Of a DNA stretch of 64,000 nucleotides, positions 63,979 through 64,000 are shown one piece after another. Source of the DNA: Schmidtea polychroa (taxonomy: Eukaryota); the NCBI GenBank assembly GCA_044892525.1, contig CM097886.1, forward strand, positions 103,230,001-103,294,000, written 5' to 3'. Positions within the stretch are counted from its first letter, which is position 1; the number at the start of each line of letters is the position of its first letter. A program made the position numbers and the translations under genes. A model generated the notes under the pieces. It had not been told where the DNA came from, did no database searches, and was given only the letters and a program-made list of their open reading frames with translations.

Positions 63979-64000
63979 TTTAGCTGTGTATTCAAAAATA
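63979..64000 (-). CDS. MUT: MUT exon (partial, window edge)
   Basis: IFEYTAK|gt, followed by a 42-bp intron. Confidence 0.9.

Larger units (their letters stand above)
42383..64000 (-). other. MUT: Methylmalonyl-CoA mutase gene span (5'-partial; 11 exons and 10 GT-AG introns in window)
   Basis: Spliced exons total 1534 nt (1 + 511 codons) and translate without stops, collinear with animal MUT from [21 protein letters not shown] to the cobalamin-binding domain. Confidence 0.98.

Noticed and set aside
1-64000. tRNA or rRNA genes and prokaryotic systems
   Set aside because: No cloverleaf or rRNA signature was seen; the only tRNA-related sequence is the retroelement PBS. Spliceosomal introns show the DNA is eukaryotic.

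Overview
AT-rich eukaryotic (animal-type) scaffold with 8 N-gaps. Only one intact host gene is identifiable: a minus-strand methylmalonyl-CoA mutase (MUT). Its last 11 exons are in the window (42383-64000, 510 codons in frame) and its 5' part lies beyond 64000. Its introns are either 42-185 bp or TE-inflated to 2-10.7 kb. The rest is mostly nested, decayed transposable elements: hAT of several subfamilies, Gypsy with many solo LTRs, Penelope-like, Merlin, Mutator, piggyBac, pogo and Helitron remnants, plus an actin pseudogene fragment. The most unusual object is a ~4 kb Polinton-like element in a MUT intron (57219-61215). It has long inverted terminal repeats and a protein-primed PolB pseudogene, and head-to-head with the PolB it carries a two-repeat TATA-binding-protein (TBP)-like gene. 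An unknown ORF downstream of a CCAAT/TATAAAAG promoter sits in the repeat arms, and a second fragment of the same family lies in the next intron. Also notable: a minimal hammerhead ribozyme in a Penelope tail, a Merlin derivative with a 13-bp target-site duplication, and a Gypsy whose gag start codon overlaps its tRNA-Ser primer-binding site. All protein assignments come from manual translation and motif recognition, with no database searches. The species cannot be determined from this window.
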